A DNA stretch of 64,000 nt. Origin: an uncultured virus (IMG/VR IMGVR_UViG_3300037200_000039) (Duplodnaviria; Heunggongvirae; Uroviricota; Caudoviricetes). This document shows positions 47,475 to 57,225 of the stretch, in pieces (positions within the stretch are counted from its first letter, which is position 1; every line of letters starts with the position of its first letter). The translations under genes and the position numbers were made by a program. The stretch lies in the IMG/VR virus record IMGVR_UViG_3300037200_000039; one strand, 5' to 3'. Below the pieces are notes generated by a model. That model saw nothing but the letters and a program-made list of their open reading frames with translations, had not been told where the DNA came from and made no database searches.

Positions 47475-48263
47475 TTGTCGACGCCTGCGACCACGCCTCT
47501 CTCGTACAACGGCTACATCCAGCAAATAGGTGTGATGGCGGTCGTCGTGACTCAGGACGTCGCTGGCGTCTGGCAAGGGGTAGATCCGGCCTTCAATTCC
47601 ATCGTTCCGCAGATGCTCAATTATTCTGAGGCCAGAATCCAGCGCGACCTGGATTTCCTTCAGTCGCAAACCTCGAACACGTATACGCTGATCCCAGGCA
47701 ATCCAGTATTCTCCATTCCGATTGACGATTTCCTTACGATCCAGACGCTGGAGGTAACGCAGACTGCCGGCAGCACCCTAGTCAATACGACGCCGTTGCT
47801 GCCGGTTTCGAAGGAATTCATCCAGAACTGTTACAGCGGCGTTGCCAGTGCAGGCACCCCGCAATACTTCGCGCCAGTCGGCGATAGTTTCGGCAACGGC
47901 GGTGATATCAGCAACAACATCCTGCTAGGACCGGTGCCAAACTACTCCTATACCCTGCGGGTATTCGGGACCATTCGCATGCCATCGCTCGCCAAGTATG
48001 CGACGGCTGGACCGGCGGATACGTCATATACGTACATTTCTGAGTGGCTTCCCGATATGTTGGTAATGGCTAGCATGATCTACATATCAGCGTTTCAACG
48101 CAATTTCTCAGCAACCTCCGATGATACTCAGATGTCTATGTCCTACGAGAAGCAGTATCAGGCACTACGTCTCGGAGCGATTGCCGAAGAGAACCGCCGC
48201 AAGGGTCAAGCTAGCGGATGGAGCGGATATTCTACGCCGACTGCGGCAACCCCGACGCGCTAG
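47475..48263 (+). CDS. Head-tail adaptor/tail tubular protein A-like
   Basis: YSEARIQRDL, GTPQYFA, LGPVP, TYISEWLPDML, YEKQYQ. Confidence 0.72.
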   Translation: MSTPATTPLSYNGYIQQIGVMAVVVTQDVAGVWQGVDPAFNSIVPQMLNYSEARIQRDLDFLQSQTSNTYTLIPGNPVFSIPIDDFLTIQTLEVTQTAGSTLVNTTPLLPVSKEFIQNCYSGVASAGTPQYFAPVGDSFGNGGDISNNILLGPVPNYSYTLRVFGTIRMPSLAKYATAGPADTSYTYISEWLPDMLVMASMIYISAFQRNFSATSDDTQMSMSYEKQYQALRLGAIAEENRRKGQASGWSGYSTPTAATPTR

Positions 48264-48266
48264 CCC

Positions 48267-50390
48267 ATGCCGCACGCATCGCTAAAATTGGTGGGCGGTG
48301 TCAATACCCAAGAGACGCCAGCCCTCAATGAGAATTCAGGTATTGCGCAATCAAACTTAATACGTTTTGTTTATAGTCCGAATGGCGAGTCGCTTTTGCA
48401 AAAGCTCGGCGGTTGGTCACGCTTCTATCCCACTCCGATGCCGGCCCCGGTGCGCGCCCTCTGGGCCTGGGAGGACCTTAATCTCAATTCGCATCTCGCC
48501 GTCGGCACCACGACTATTCCAAGCACCACACGAGCGCAACTAGCAGTTATCACTGCCGGCATACTTAACGATATCTCTCCGACCTCGGTTTTCGTGGACA
48601 TAGCGGCAGTTATCTCGACCGCCGCTGGTAGCTACTCGGTACAGATCACCGACAACGTCATAACCGGTGTTACCAATTACGACTCGGTCTACATCGCAAC
48701 GCAAATCAGCATTGGTGGATTGATTCTGTTTGGACTCTATGCCTGCGCCCCAGACACGATCCTGCTCGATAACGGCTACACGATTTATGCGCGCGACCAA
48801 TTGGGCAATTTACTGCCAGCCTCTTCTACTTCATCGCTACCGGTACTACCATCATTCACTACCGTAGGACCATTGGGTTCTATCGCCGGCTCGAGCACGG
48901 TTACTGTAACGCTTCCCAACTACACATATGCTGCGGGCGATACTTTCCCAATACTAATACCGACCGCTGTAGGCGGGATCACTCTCTACGGCAACTACAT
49001 CGTACAGTCGATAATCGATGCTAACAATTTCACGATTGTCACAAGTGCCATAGCGAGTTCATCCGCTACTGGCACCTTGAATGGCGGCCTCGCACAGTTC
49101 ATCTATTCATTCGGTCAGGGTGCAATCCCGTCTGGTACCGGATACGGTATTGGTCCCTACGGGTCTGGTGGGTATGGCACCGGAACGCCTATTAGTCCTT
49201 ATGCGAGCATTGCGCCACCGATCAATGCACTTGAATGGACCTTCGATAATTGGGGCGAAATCCTCATCGCATGCGCGATACAACCGCCAGATTCTGGGAC
49301 GCCATTCCAGCCGATCTACCAATGGGACCCGGGGCAGCCGACTGCCACCATTATTGATGCAGCGCCCCCGGTCAATGACGGCATCTTCGTTGCCATGCCG
49401 CAGCGGCAAATTGTTGCATGGGGCTCGACTCAGACCGGCATTCAAGATCCGCTGCTGTTGTCATGGTGCGATGTGGGTAACTACAATTCGTGGATACCGA
49501 CGGTAACGAATCAAGCTGGCTCGTATCGTATCCCTAAGGGTTCGCGCATTGTCTGCTGTGTGCAGGGGCCGCAGCAGGCAATCATCTTGACCGATGTAGA
49601 TATGTGGAGCATGCAATATATCGGGCCGCCATATGTGTATTCATTCAACGAGATAGGTACCGGCTGCGGATTGATTGCTCGCAAGTCAGTAATCTTCATG
49701 AACGGCATAGGCTACTGGATGGGATTCTCGCAGTTTTATACCCTATCCAGCAGCGGTGTACAGCCGATCCCATGTGCGGTGTGGGATGTGATATTCCAGA
49801 ATATCGATCAGAACAATCTATACAAGATTCGCGTTGCTGCCAATTCACGCTTCGGCGAGATTCAATGGTTCTATCCGTCGCGGTCCGGCAAAGGCGAAGT
49901 CGATAGCTATGTGAAATTCAATGTCTATCTGAACGTCTGGGACTATGGCACGTTAGGACGTTCCGCCTGGGTGGATCAATCGGTGTTAGGTCCACCCATA
50001 GGGGCCGATCCGGCATCATTGTATCTGTATCAACATGAAGTCTCGAATGATGCAGATGGCGTGGCAATGCTGCCGTTCTTTCAGACTGGGTATTACGCAG
50101 TGGCGGAGGGTGATACCAAGACCTTCATAGACTGGATCTGGCCAGATATGAAATGGGGAATGTACAACCAATCACAATTGGCGCAAGTCCAGATCTCATT
50201 TCTGTGCGCTGATTACCCTGGTGATACTCCGACGCTGTATGGGCCATATACCGTTACGCAGGCTACGGAATACTTCTACACCAGGCTGCGGGCTAGATTG
50301 GTGGCCGTCAAAATATCTAGCAGCGATCTTGGGAGCTGGTGGCGAATTGGCGCAATTCGGTATCGTTTCGCGCCGGATGGCAAAATATGA
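48267..50390 (+). CDS. Tail tubular protein B/packaged-DNA stabilisation-like protein
   Basis: KLGGW, W.FDNWGE, LSWCD, W.PT.TNQAGS, GCGLI, WMG, FGEIQWFYPS, RLRAR. Confidence 0.78.
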   Translation: MPHASLKLVGGVNTQETPALNENSGIAQSNLIRFVYSPNGESLLQKLGGWSRFYPTPMPAPVRALWAWEDLNLNSHLAVGTTTIPSTTRAQLAVITAGILNDISPTSVFVDIAAVISTAAGSYSVQITDNVITGVTNYDSVYIATQISIGGLILFGLYACAPDTILLDNGYTIYARDQLGNLLPASSTSSLPVLPSFTTVGPLGSIAGSSTVTVTLPNYTYAAGDTFPILIPTAVGGITLYGNYIVQSIIDANNFTIVTSAIASSSATGTLNGGLAQFIYSFGQGAIPSGTGYGIGPYGSGGYGTGTPISPYASIAPPINALEWTFDNWGEILIACAIQPPDSGTPFQPIYQWDPGQPTATIIDAAPPVNDGIFVAMPQRQIVAWGSTQTGIQDPLLLSWCDVGNYNSWIPTVTNQAGSYRIPKGSRIVCCVQGPQQAIILTDVDMWSMQYIGPPYVYSFNEIGTGCGLIARKSVIFMNGIGYWMGFSQFYTLSSSGVQPIPCAVWDVIFQNIDQNNLYKIRVAANSRFGEIQWFYPSRSGKGEVDSYVKFNVYLNVWDYGTLGRSAWVDQSVLGPPIGADPASLYLYQHEVSNDADGVAMLPFFQTGYYAVAEGDTKTFIDWIWPDMKWGMYNQSQLAQVQISFLCADYPGDTPTLYGPYTVTQATEYFYTRLRARLVAVKISSSDLGSWWRIGAIRYRFAPDGKI

Positions 50391-50415
50391 GTAATACAGT
50401 GGTGGAAACGCCCCC

Positions 50416-50760
50416 ATGAGCGCCAGTACCAGCGACGTACTCACGAGTATCAAGAATATTGTGACCACGCTGGCCACGGCGACGCAGACGTATTTAAGTG
50501 TCAACGGCACAGTAAATTATCCGAACATTACCGCTCCGACCGTCATCAGCACTAAGACCGGCCGCGTTGGTATTGTCAGCGTACTAGCGGCCGGCACGAC
50601 CGTAGGCACTATCTACGACGGGGCCCTCCTCACTGCAACCACCAAACCCATTGCACCGATTCCGAATTATATCGGGGTATTCCGCGCGCCGATCCCAGTA
50701 AGCTTTGGCATCCTAGTTGTACCCGGCATAGGTCAGGTAGTCACGGTGTCATACACGTGA
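50416..50760 (+). CDS. Structural protein
   Basis: [10 protein letters not shown]...GTIYD...[15 protein letters not shown]. Confidence 0.7.
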   Translation: MSASTSDVLTSIKNIVTTLATATQTYLSVNGTVNYPNITAPTVISTKTGRVGIVSVLAAGTTVGTIYDGALLTATTKPIAPIPNYIGVFRAPIPVSFGILVVPGIGQVVTVSYT

Positions 50761-52937
50761 CTGAATGGCTCATTGGCGGTCCCCCACCGGGCAGCGGCGG
50801 CGGTGCTACGGGGCCGCAAGGGCCTACTGGGCCGACTGGTGCTACGGGGAGCGGATATCCTGGAGCCATGGGTGCTACTGGCCCGACGGGACCCCCGGGA
50901 GATGGCCCTACGGGACCCACTGGCGCAGGTCCGACCGGGCCATCTGGCGTAGGTCCGACCGGGCCCAGCGGCGGCACGGGCCCTACGGGACCCACAGGAA
51001 TTACCGGACCAGGCGGTACCCCCGGCGGCCCCACGGGGCCTACGGGCACAGGCGCCACGGGCACCACAGGGCCGACGGGTCCTGGTGGCATTGGGACTAC
51101 GGGCCCAATAGGCCCGACCGGCCCGACCGGCCCGACCGGCCCTCTCTATCCGCAGACCCCCGCCGAGCTCGCAGCGCTGGTGACGCCAACGAACTTCTAC
51201 ATCGCTCCGTACAACGTGCTGCGCTACGGAGCGGACCCCACGGGAGTAACCGACAGTACGGCCGCATTCCAGGCGGCGCTGAACTCGGTGAGTTACCTCG
51301 TCGCCCCGACGACTCTCGCGCAAACGCTCGCCCAAGGCGGCCAGGTCTATGTGCCGCGCGGTGTGTATATTGTCAAGTCGACGCTCTATCTCAATTCCAA
51401 CGTGCACCTGGTCGGCGAGGACTGCGGGCCCATCCAGCAGTCGCCCTTGGGAATTACGCCACCGGTCGGTGGCGCAGTCATTCTGTATCAAAATCCCACA
51501 CTGGAATCTATTGCCATCGATGCTAGCGGTTACTGGCTCACGGCGCAAAGCGCCTATACCGGCACCGCAACGGCCGGCGGCGCGAGCACTATCACTATCA
51601 CCGCGGGCCTGACGGTCAATACGCAAGGCGCCGCGCAGATTAGCATCACGAGCGGCACCGGGGCTGGGCAGACGATTCCGGTGTCCGCTTACAACAGTGG
51701 CAGCGGATTGCTATCGATCTCATGGCCCTGGGAGACTGTGCCGGATGCGACCAGTGTCTGGTCAATCCCCGGGCACACCATCGGCCAGAGAATGGCGCAA
51801 TTGATCTCCGCGGGCGAGGGCTCGATTGAGACGAACGGCGTCGGCAGCTACGTGCAGGCGCCCGCCGTGAGAAACATCATAGTAGTATCGCAGAGCGGCC
51901 ATTACATGGGTGTGCGGATGAGCGTTGCTCCCCAATGCGGCGTTGAAAATGTTCTGACGTGGGGGTTCCAAGTAGGTTTAGAGGAGACCGGCTGCGCCTA
52001 CGGAAACTTTCGCAATATCGTCTCCGCCTCTTTGCTCATTGGCTTTGCGTGGGTGCAAAGCGACCACGTCACTCGTATCAGTTGCGAGTGCTTTGCAGTC
52101 AACGCCACTGCTTCCCCCGTTACCACTGCGAACGCGCCGTGGTTCGTGCGCTGGATGGCAGCACTCGGCGCTGACCCCAATTCCAACTACTTCACCGGCC
52201 ATTATATTGCGGGTTACGACGCCGGCGGCTGCTTCATAACCTGTGACGGCGAGGGCGGCGACCGTAGCTACTTTGCGTACAACCCATTGGGGACGGTGTT
52301 CGTGGGATGCCATATGGAACGCTTCACGCACCTAGGGTTTTATCAGAATGCGGGCACCGTCATGTGGGTAGGTGGCGATTGGAACAGCACCAACACGGCG
52401 CCTGCCTTCTCCGGGATTAGTTGCAATCTCACCATTGACGGATTCTCAGGCGATGCGGGAATGGGCGCTGGAGCGATCACGATAGGCAGTTTCCCCAATA
52501 CATATGGTGGGCGCGTCACAGTACGCAATGTCACTCCGCAAGGAGGTGACTCGAGGCCAGTAGCTGGATCGCTCGTAGTTTGGGACGCCTATCCGCCGCG
52601 CATCGCCGCGGGCAACATCAACACCGTGGGCGCTGGCACGCTCACCGCAGGCGCGCTCTATGGCGGAGCGATTATTCGCGGCGGCACTCAGGTCGGGGCA
52701 TTTTCCGACACCCTGGATAGTGCGGCGAATATCATCGCGCAATTCATTCCGGTGCCGATCGTGGGATCGACCTGTCAATGCACGATTTACAACACCACCA
52801 CGCAGATTGAGACTTTGCTCGCGGGTTCCGGCGTGACGTTTCAAACCGGGACATTAACGATCGCTGCCGCGGCCTCGCGGGTATTGACGCTGAGCATAGG
52901 GAATATCGGCGCGCCGGCCGTGAACATCTTGGCCTAA
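50757..52937 (+). CDS. Collagen-like stalk plus pectate-lyase-3-like beta-helix spike
   Basis: About 110 aa of GPT repeats; [23 protein letters not shown]...VYVPRGVY. Confidence 0.85.
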   Translation: MTEWLIGGPPPGSGGGATGPQGPTGPTGATGSGYPGAMGATGPTGPPGDGPTGPTGAGPTGPSGVGPTGPSGGTGPTGPTGITGPGGTPGGPTGPTGTGATGTTGPTGPGGIGTTGPIGPTGPTGPTGPLYPQTPAELAALVTPTNFYIAPYNVLRYGADPTGVTDSTAAFQAALNSVSYLVAPTTLAQTLAQGGQVYVPRGVYIVKSTLYLNSNVHLVGEDCGPIQQSPLGITPPVGGAVILYQNPTLESIAIDASGYWLTAQSAYTGTATAGGASTITITAGLTVNTQGAAQISITSGTGAGQTIPVSAYNSGSGLLSISWPWETVPDATSVWSIPGHTIGQRMAQLISAGEGSIETNGVGSYVQAPAVRNIIVVSQSGHYMGVRMSVAPQCGVENVLTWGFQVGLEETGCAYGNFRNIVSASLLIGFAWVQSDHVTRISCECFAVNATASPVTTANAPWFVRWMAALGADPNSNYFTGHYIAGYDAGGCFITCDGEGGDRSYFAYNPLGTVFVGCHMERFTHLGFYQNAGTVMWVGGDWNSTNTAPAFSGISCNLTIDGFSGDAGMGAGAITIGSFPNTYGGRVTVRNVTPQGGDSRPVAGSLVVWDAYPPRIAAGNINTVGAGTLTAGALYGGAIIRGGTQVGAFSDTLDSAANIIAQFIPVPIVGSTCQCTIYNTTTQIETLLAGSGVTFQTGTLTIAAAASRVLTLSIGNIGAPAVNILA

Positions 52938-52946
52938 GGACTACTG

Positions 52947-53522
52947 ATGCCACTATTACACGGTAAAAAGAATATCGGCCACAACATCAGTGAAATGGAG
53001 TCCGCAGGCCATCCCCGAGATCAGGCTATTGCCGCTGCATTGAATGTCGCGCGCAAGCATCGCGATGATGGCGGCGAAGTGTCGATTCCTAAGACGCCCG
53101 TCGTCAAGCAGCACGTCGGGCCCATTCATTCGAGCGTGGCGGGACGCACCGATCATTTGCCGATGGAGGTTCCATCGGGTTCATACGTGATTCCTGCGGA
53201 CGTGGTTAGCGGGATGGGAGAGGGGAACACCATAGCCGGCTTTAGGCATCTCAGACGTATGTTCGGTGGCGTACCGTACAGCGGCAGCAAAGCCCCCTAC
53301 GGACAGACCGGCGGACCATATGGCATGGCTAAGGGGGGTACCACATCCGGCGTGCCGATCGTGGCCGCTGGCGGGGAGCACGTGCTCACGCCAGACGAAG
53401 TACGCCACGCTGGCGGCGGAGATCTAGAGATGGGACACGCGGTGCTCGATGAATTCGTAAAACGCATGCGCAAGGAACTGGTCAAGACGCTGAAGGGCTT
53501 ACCGGCGCCGAGGAAGGATTGA
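52947..53522 (+). CDS. Conserved virion-associated protein
   Basis: NISEM..AGHP.DQAIAAAL; GRTD.LP..VPSGSYVIPADVVSG.GEGNT.AG. Confidence 0.72.
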   Translation: MPLLHGKKNIGHNISEMESAGHPRDQAIAAALNVARKHRDDGGEVSIPKTPVVKQHVGPIHSSVAGRTDHLPMEVPSGSYVIPADVVSGMGEGNTIAGFRHLRRMFGGVPYSGSKAPYGQTGGPYGMAKGGTTSGVPIVAAGGEHVLTPDEVRHAGGGDLEMGHAVLDEFVKRMRKELVKTLKGLPAPRKD

Positions 53523-53704
53523 TCCAGTGATTCACGTAATAAAAACTGACGGTAATGCGGCATGTGGAGAAAAGCTCGTATCTCCTGATAATCTTTTATG
53601 TGCCTATGAGTTTTATACCCACGAGTCAAAGCATCGATGTAAAGAATGTCATGAAAAGGTGAGTTGTCATTTGCCTAGCTTCGTAGGCTGGGGACGCATA
53701 GTTT

Positions 53705-54202
53705 ATGACTGACGACACGCTCCAAATCCGCCTCGCTACGACCGCTGACATGGACGAAGTTATGCGCCTGGCGTATATGGCGTGTGAGGACAACGGGTTC
53801 CTCGACTACAGTCCAGAACTATTGGCCAAAGAGATCTATCCAGCACTCATCCAGGACCATGGATTATTCGCCGTCATTGGACCCCCGCAAGGCGCTATTG
53901 AAGGATTTGTGCTGTTGCGCATCGGCACTATGTTTTACAGCACTCAGAAATGTTTGGAGGAAAAGTGTCTATGGGTCCATCCAGATCATAGATCTGCGGG
54001 CGGCGGTCGCGCCAAGAAACTTATCGACTTCACCAAGAAAGCAGCAGATCGCCTCGGATTGCCTCTTATAATCGGGATCATGACCTCGAAACGAACAGCA
54101 TCCAAGGTTCGTCTGTATCAACGTGAATTCGGAGAGCCAGCAGGGGCGTTCTTCCTATACGGCGCCAAGTGCGGAACACATAAAGTGGAAACGGTTTCTT
54201 AA
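53705..54202 (+). CDS. GNAT-fold acetyltransferase-like protein
   Basis: IRLAT..D, LWVHPDHRS..G.AKKLI, LY.R. Confidence 0.8.
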   Translation: MTDDTLQIRLATTADMDEVMRLAYMACEDNGFLDYSPELLAKEIYPALIQDHGLFAVIGPPQGAIEGFVLLRIGTMFYSTQKCLEEKCLWVHPDHRSAGGGRAKKLIDFTKKAADRLGLPLIIGIMTSKRTASKVRLYQREFGEPAGAFFLYGAKCGTHKVETVS

Positions 54203-54221
54203 CAGCGTGTATAAGTGAACT

Positions 54222-55718
54222 ATGTGTGTACAGATCTCAATTTACTCCGGCGGGGGCGGCTCAACGACCGGTCCCAGCGTAGTACCTAACTTCCAACTCA
54301 TCAACCAGGGCGGCCCCAACAATGGCGGCGATGCTGGGTCCTATACGTTCAATAGCAATGTCTTCAATTACTCGAATACTGCGAATCCGAACTACCAGGG
54401 ACTTTCGTGGCTGCCAGCTACACCGGGCACTGGTGGGGTGGTAACTAAGTACAACATCTACCGGAACGGATCGTTATATGATTTTGTCGCAACGCCGCTG
54501 ACTATCACAGGGTACATTAGCGGCTCAACGTTTACAGTATCCAGTGTGACTGGCGGCTCGAGCAGCAATAGCATTTCGGACGGACTGCTATTGCCAGGTG
54601 CGCTGTTGCAATCCGCAGCCAGTGGATTTCAGTCGGGAACTACCATCGTGCTGTATACGACCGCGAACACCGGGGGCGGTGGCGCTGGAACGTATTCGGT
54701 AAACTTAAGCCAAACGGTGGGGAATTCCGGTGCCCACGCAACGTTCACATGCTGGGCCTACAACGATACAGCGGCCACGAATAGTATCCCGGTGCAGTAC
54801 AACGCAGCTGCAACGGTGTATGCCTATGCTGTGACAGCTGTTGATGCCAGCAGCAATGAAAGCACAAAAGCGTATCCCACCGTATGGTGCTATAGAGGGA
54901 TTAGCTACAACATCAATTCGATGGATTTTAGCACTGCGACTTGGAATGCAACCAATACCACTGGCTCACCAACGCCCGGACCTTACGATGTCGAAGTAAC
55001 ATTCCCAGCGGGCGCCAATATCTTCATCGACGCGATGGGGAACGGGGGAGATGGCCACGGCAATCAGACGCTATTCGATGATCTCGAGATAGGCGCATTC
55101 CTGAACGGCCATTTTGTGATGGATTTAAATTTTACCAATGGTAGTTCTGGCACCAACAACAGTCTATTTTTTGAACCTCAGACTCGCTGCTATGGAGATC
55201 CATATCCCGCGGGCTCAGGTTCCGTCGATACTCAAGCAGGCATCGGCATCACGATGTCTGACTATGGGACGATTGCCATAGGCTCCTGGAACACGATAGC
55301 TATCCCGATGAATGTGCTGCCGTGGGGAACTACGGTGTTCACGGGCTATATAACCGCCAACACATCTGGCTCATTCTTCCCTTATGGTGCCGTGCTTACG
55401 GTACTGTCGATAATATCGAAGACCTCGGTTGGATTGTGCTCGGGATATAGGATTTCAGATGCCGGACATTTGACGCCAGCTAACACCTATATACTCGCCC
55501 CAACTGGGGGCGCAGCAAGCACGTTTACCACCGGAACTTACAATATAACGAGCCCCAACATTACCACCTCCAGCAACGTCGGCAGTTCAGGTTCTCCTGT
55601 GACATTTACTGCAACGTGCACTGGCTTTTACAAATTTGGCATTGGCATCGGCGCAGCTGGACCTATCTCGCCCTCTCCCGTGTGCTACGTCAATAACTTC
55701 GGATTTACCACGACATGA
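54222..55718 (+). CDS. Fn3 plus carbohydrate-binding-like surface protein
   Basis: LSW...YNIYRNG...YAYAVTAVDASSNES (split Fn3); WNTIAIPM...YVNNFGF. Confidence 0.65.
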   Translation: MCVQISIYSGGGGSTTGPSVVPNFQLINQGGPNNGGDAGSYTFNSNVFNYSNTANPNYQGLSWLPATPGTGGVVTKYNIYRNGSLYDFVATPLTITGYISGSTFTVSSVTGGSSSNSISDGLLLPGALLQSAASGFQSGTTIVLYTTANTGGGGAGTYSVNLSQTVGNSGAHATFTCWAYNDTAATNSIPVQYNAAATVYAYAVTAVDASSNESTKAYPTVWCYRGISYNINSMDFSTATWNATNTTGSPTPGPYDVEVTFPAGANIFIDAMGNGGDGHGNQTLFDDLEIGAFLNGHFVMDLNFTNGSSGTNNSLFFEPQTRCYGDPYPAGSGSVDTQAGIGITMSDYGTIAIGSWNTIAIPMNVLPWGTTVFTGYITANTSGSFFPYGAVLTVLSIISKTSVGLCSGYRISDAGHLTPANTYILAPTGGAASTFTTGTYNITSPNITTSSNVGSSGSPVTFTATCTGFYKFGIGIGAAGPISPSPVCYVNNFGFTTT

Positions 55719-55736
55719 ACAGGGAGTTACCACGAC

Positions 55737-57032
55737 ATGACTGACCAAATTATCACCGTACCTGTCACGGGCGGTACGGTATCGATCGATGTAACGACAT
55801 TAGCTGCGGCAGTGGCCGTTATTTTAGGTGGCACTGTTACACCACCACCACCGCCTCCTCCACCACCGCCTCCGCCTCCGCCTCCGTCACCAATCTTCTA
55901 TGTGTATCAAAATCATTCTGGTACGGGACCAAACGGTCAGAGCGCATTGTGGGATGGGGACTTTAGTTTTGGCTCCAACGGCCCGATCGTGGGCAATGAC
56001 ACAACGCATCCACAACTGGGACACACTTATGACATGAAAGTACCTGGTGGAGTGAATGGCGTCGGCGGGGGTATGGCATGGATGCCAGTAGCTAGTTATG
56101 GTTCTGGAATTCCAGATGGCTCTGGCAAAGGGCCATTCGGCTTCGACATGAGCCCTTACACATGGATGACCTTCGATATCTGGACTGCATTTCCTAGCGA
56201 TACTTACGATATGACGTATGAGTACTTAGGCAACTTCTCTACCGGTACTGCCGATCAAGGCACCGGTGCTTACATCGATAGCATCGTCAATATTCCCGGA
56301 GTCAAATTGACAGCATCCGCGTGGAGCACCGTTAAATTCCCGATCGCTGCATTAGGCCAGTTGGGGGTGCGCGGTGTGTATAAGTTCTTCATACGCGATA
56401 ACACCTCCGATGCATCGCAGGTATTCTATCTCGACAACGTTGGCTTTATTTCAGGACACTATTCGTTTATCTACGACGGCGGCGCCCCTAATGGGTTCAA
56501 TCTAACTACTAACTCTTGGAATAATGATCCTTCGACTTTGCTAAACGGCTGGACCGACGCTAGCACTGCGACTATGAACTATGATGTTGCGCCCACTGGC
56601 TTGGCGGAATTGAGTAACAAGGTATCTCTCAACGGCATGACACAGCCGGGTGCGGGTACGACTTCGACCAATTGCATCAGCATGCAATCCACCAGCGCTG
56701 GTGGAATGTGGAAGGTGAAGAATGTTGGCTTCACCATTAGCTCATATACGAATTTCACCTTTGGCGCGCTTCCGACCGGTGGTATGCATTCCTACTCGGT
56801 GCAGTTCTATAACACCTCCGGCGCTGCTATCGGATCTGCGGTAGCAGTATTGCAGAATAGTATCTTCACCACTCGCGAATGGAACAACAATGGCGGCCAT
56901 TGGACGATCTACTCGATTCCGCTGGCTAACTTTGGCGCACTGCCGGCGCAGATCGGCGCCCTATCGATCACTGACACCAGCGGATTGGCTACAAACACTA
57001 TCTACCTATCAGCACCGGCGTTTTTCACTTGA
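55737..57032 (+). CDS. Poly-Pro linker plus two CBM-like beta-sandwich domains
   Basis: Poly-Pro run; YTWMTFDI...WSTVKFPIAALG...FYLDNVGF; second domain WTIYSIPLANFG...IYL. Confidence 0.68.
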   Translation: MTDQIITVPVTGGTVSIDVTTLAAAVAVILGGTVTPPPPPPPPPPPPPPPSPIFYVYQNHSGTGPNGQSALWDGDFSFGSNGPIVGNDTTHPQLGHTYDMKVPGGVNGVGGGMAWMPVASYGSGIPDGSGKGPFGFDMSPYTWMTFDIWTAFPSDTYDMTYEYLGNFSTGTADQGTGAYIDSIVNIPGVKLTASAWSTVKFPIAALGQLGVRGVYKFFIRDNTSDASQVFYLDNVGFISGHYSFIYDGGAPNGFNLTTNSWNNDPSTLLNGWTDASTATMNYDVAPTGLAELSNKVSLNGMTQPGAGTTSTNCISMQSTSAGGMWKVKNVGFTISSYTNFTFGALPTGGMHSYSVQFYNTSGAAIGSAVAVLQNSIFTTREWNNNGGHWTIYSIPLANFGALPAQIGALSITDTSGLATNTIYLSAPAFFT

Positions 57033-57223
57033 AGACCGTTTGGCAATACATAGGAATTATAGCGCTAATCAGCACCACGATATTGTGGCTGCGTGGTCCG
57101 GCTGGTGATGCGGCATATGACGTAGTCGCATCCATGATGCAAGATCGCGATGCGGAGTTACAGGCAAATGAGTTGAGAAAAGCGGATTGGACCGCGCATA
57201 TGACACTTGGAATAGGGGAATAG
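57029..57223 (+). CDS. Small single-TM protein
   Basis: 64 aa, hydrophobic N-terminus. Confidence 0.45.
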   Translation: MKTVWQYIGIIALISTTILWLRGPAGDAAYDVVASMMQDRDAELQANELRKADWTAHMTLGIGE

Positions 57224-57225
57224 CT

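Noticed and set aside
33901..51626. Long minus-strand PVGPV-repeat ORFs (33901, 36446, 42701, 50741)
   Set aside because: They are antisense shadows of the GPT repeats, with no independent start context.
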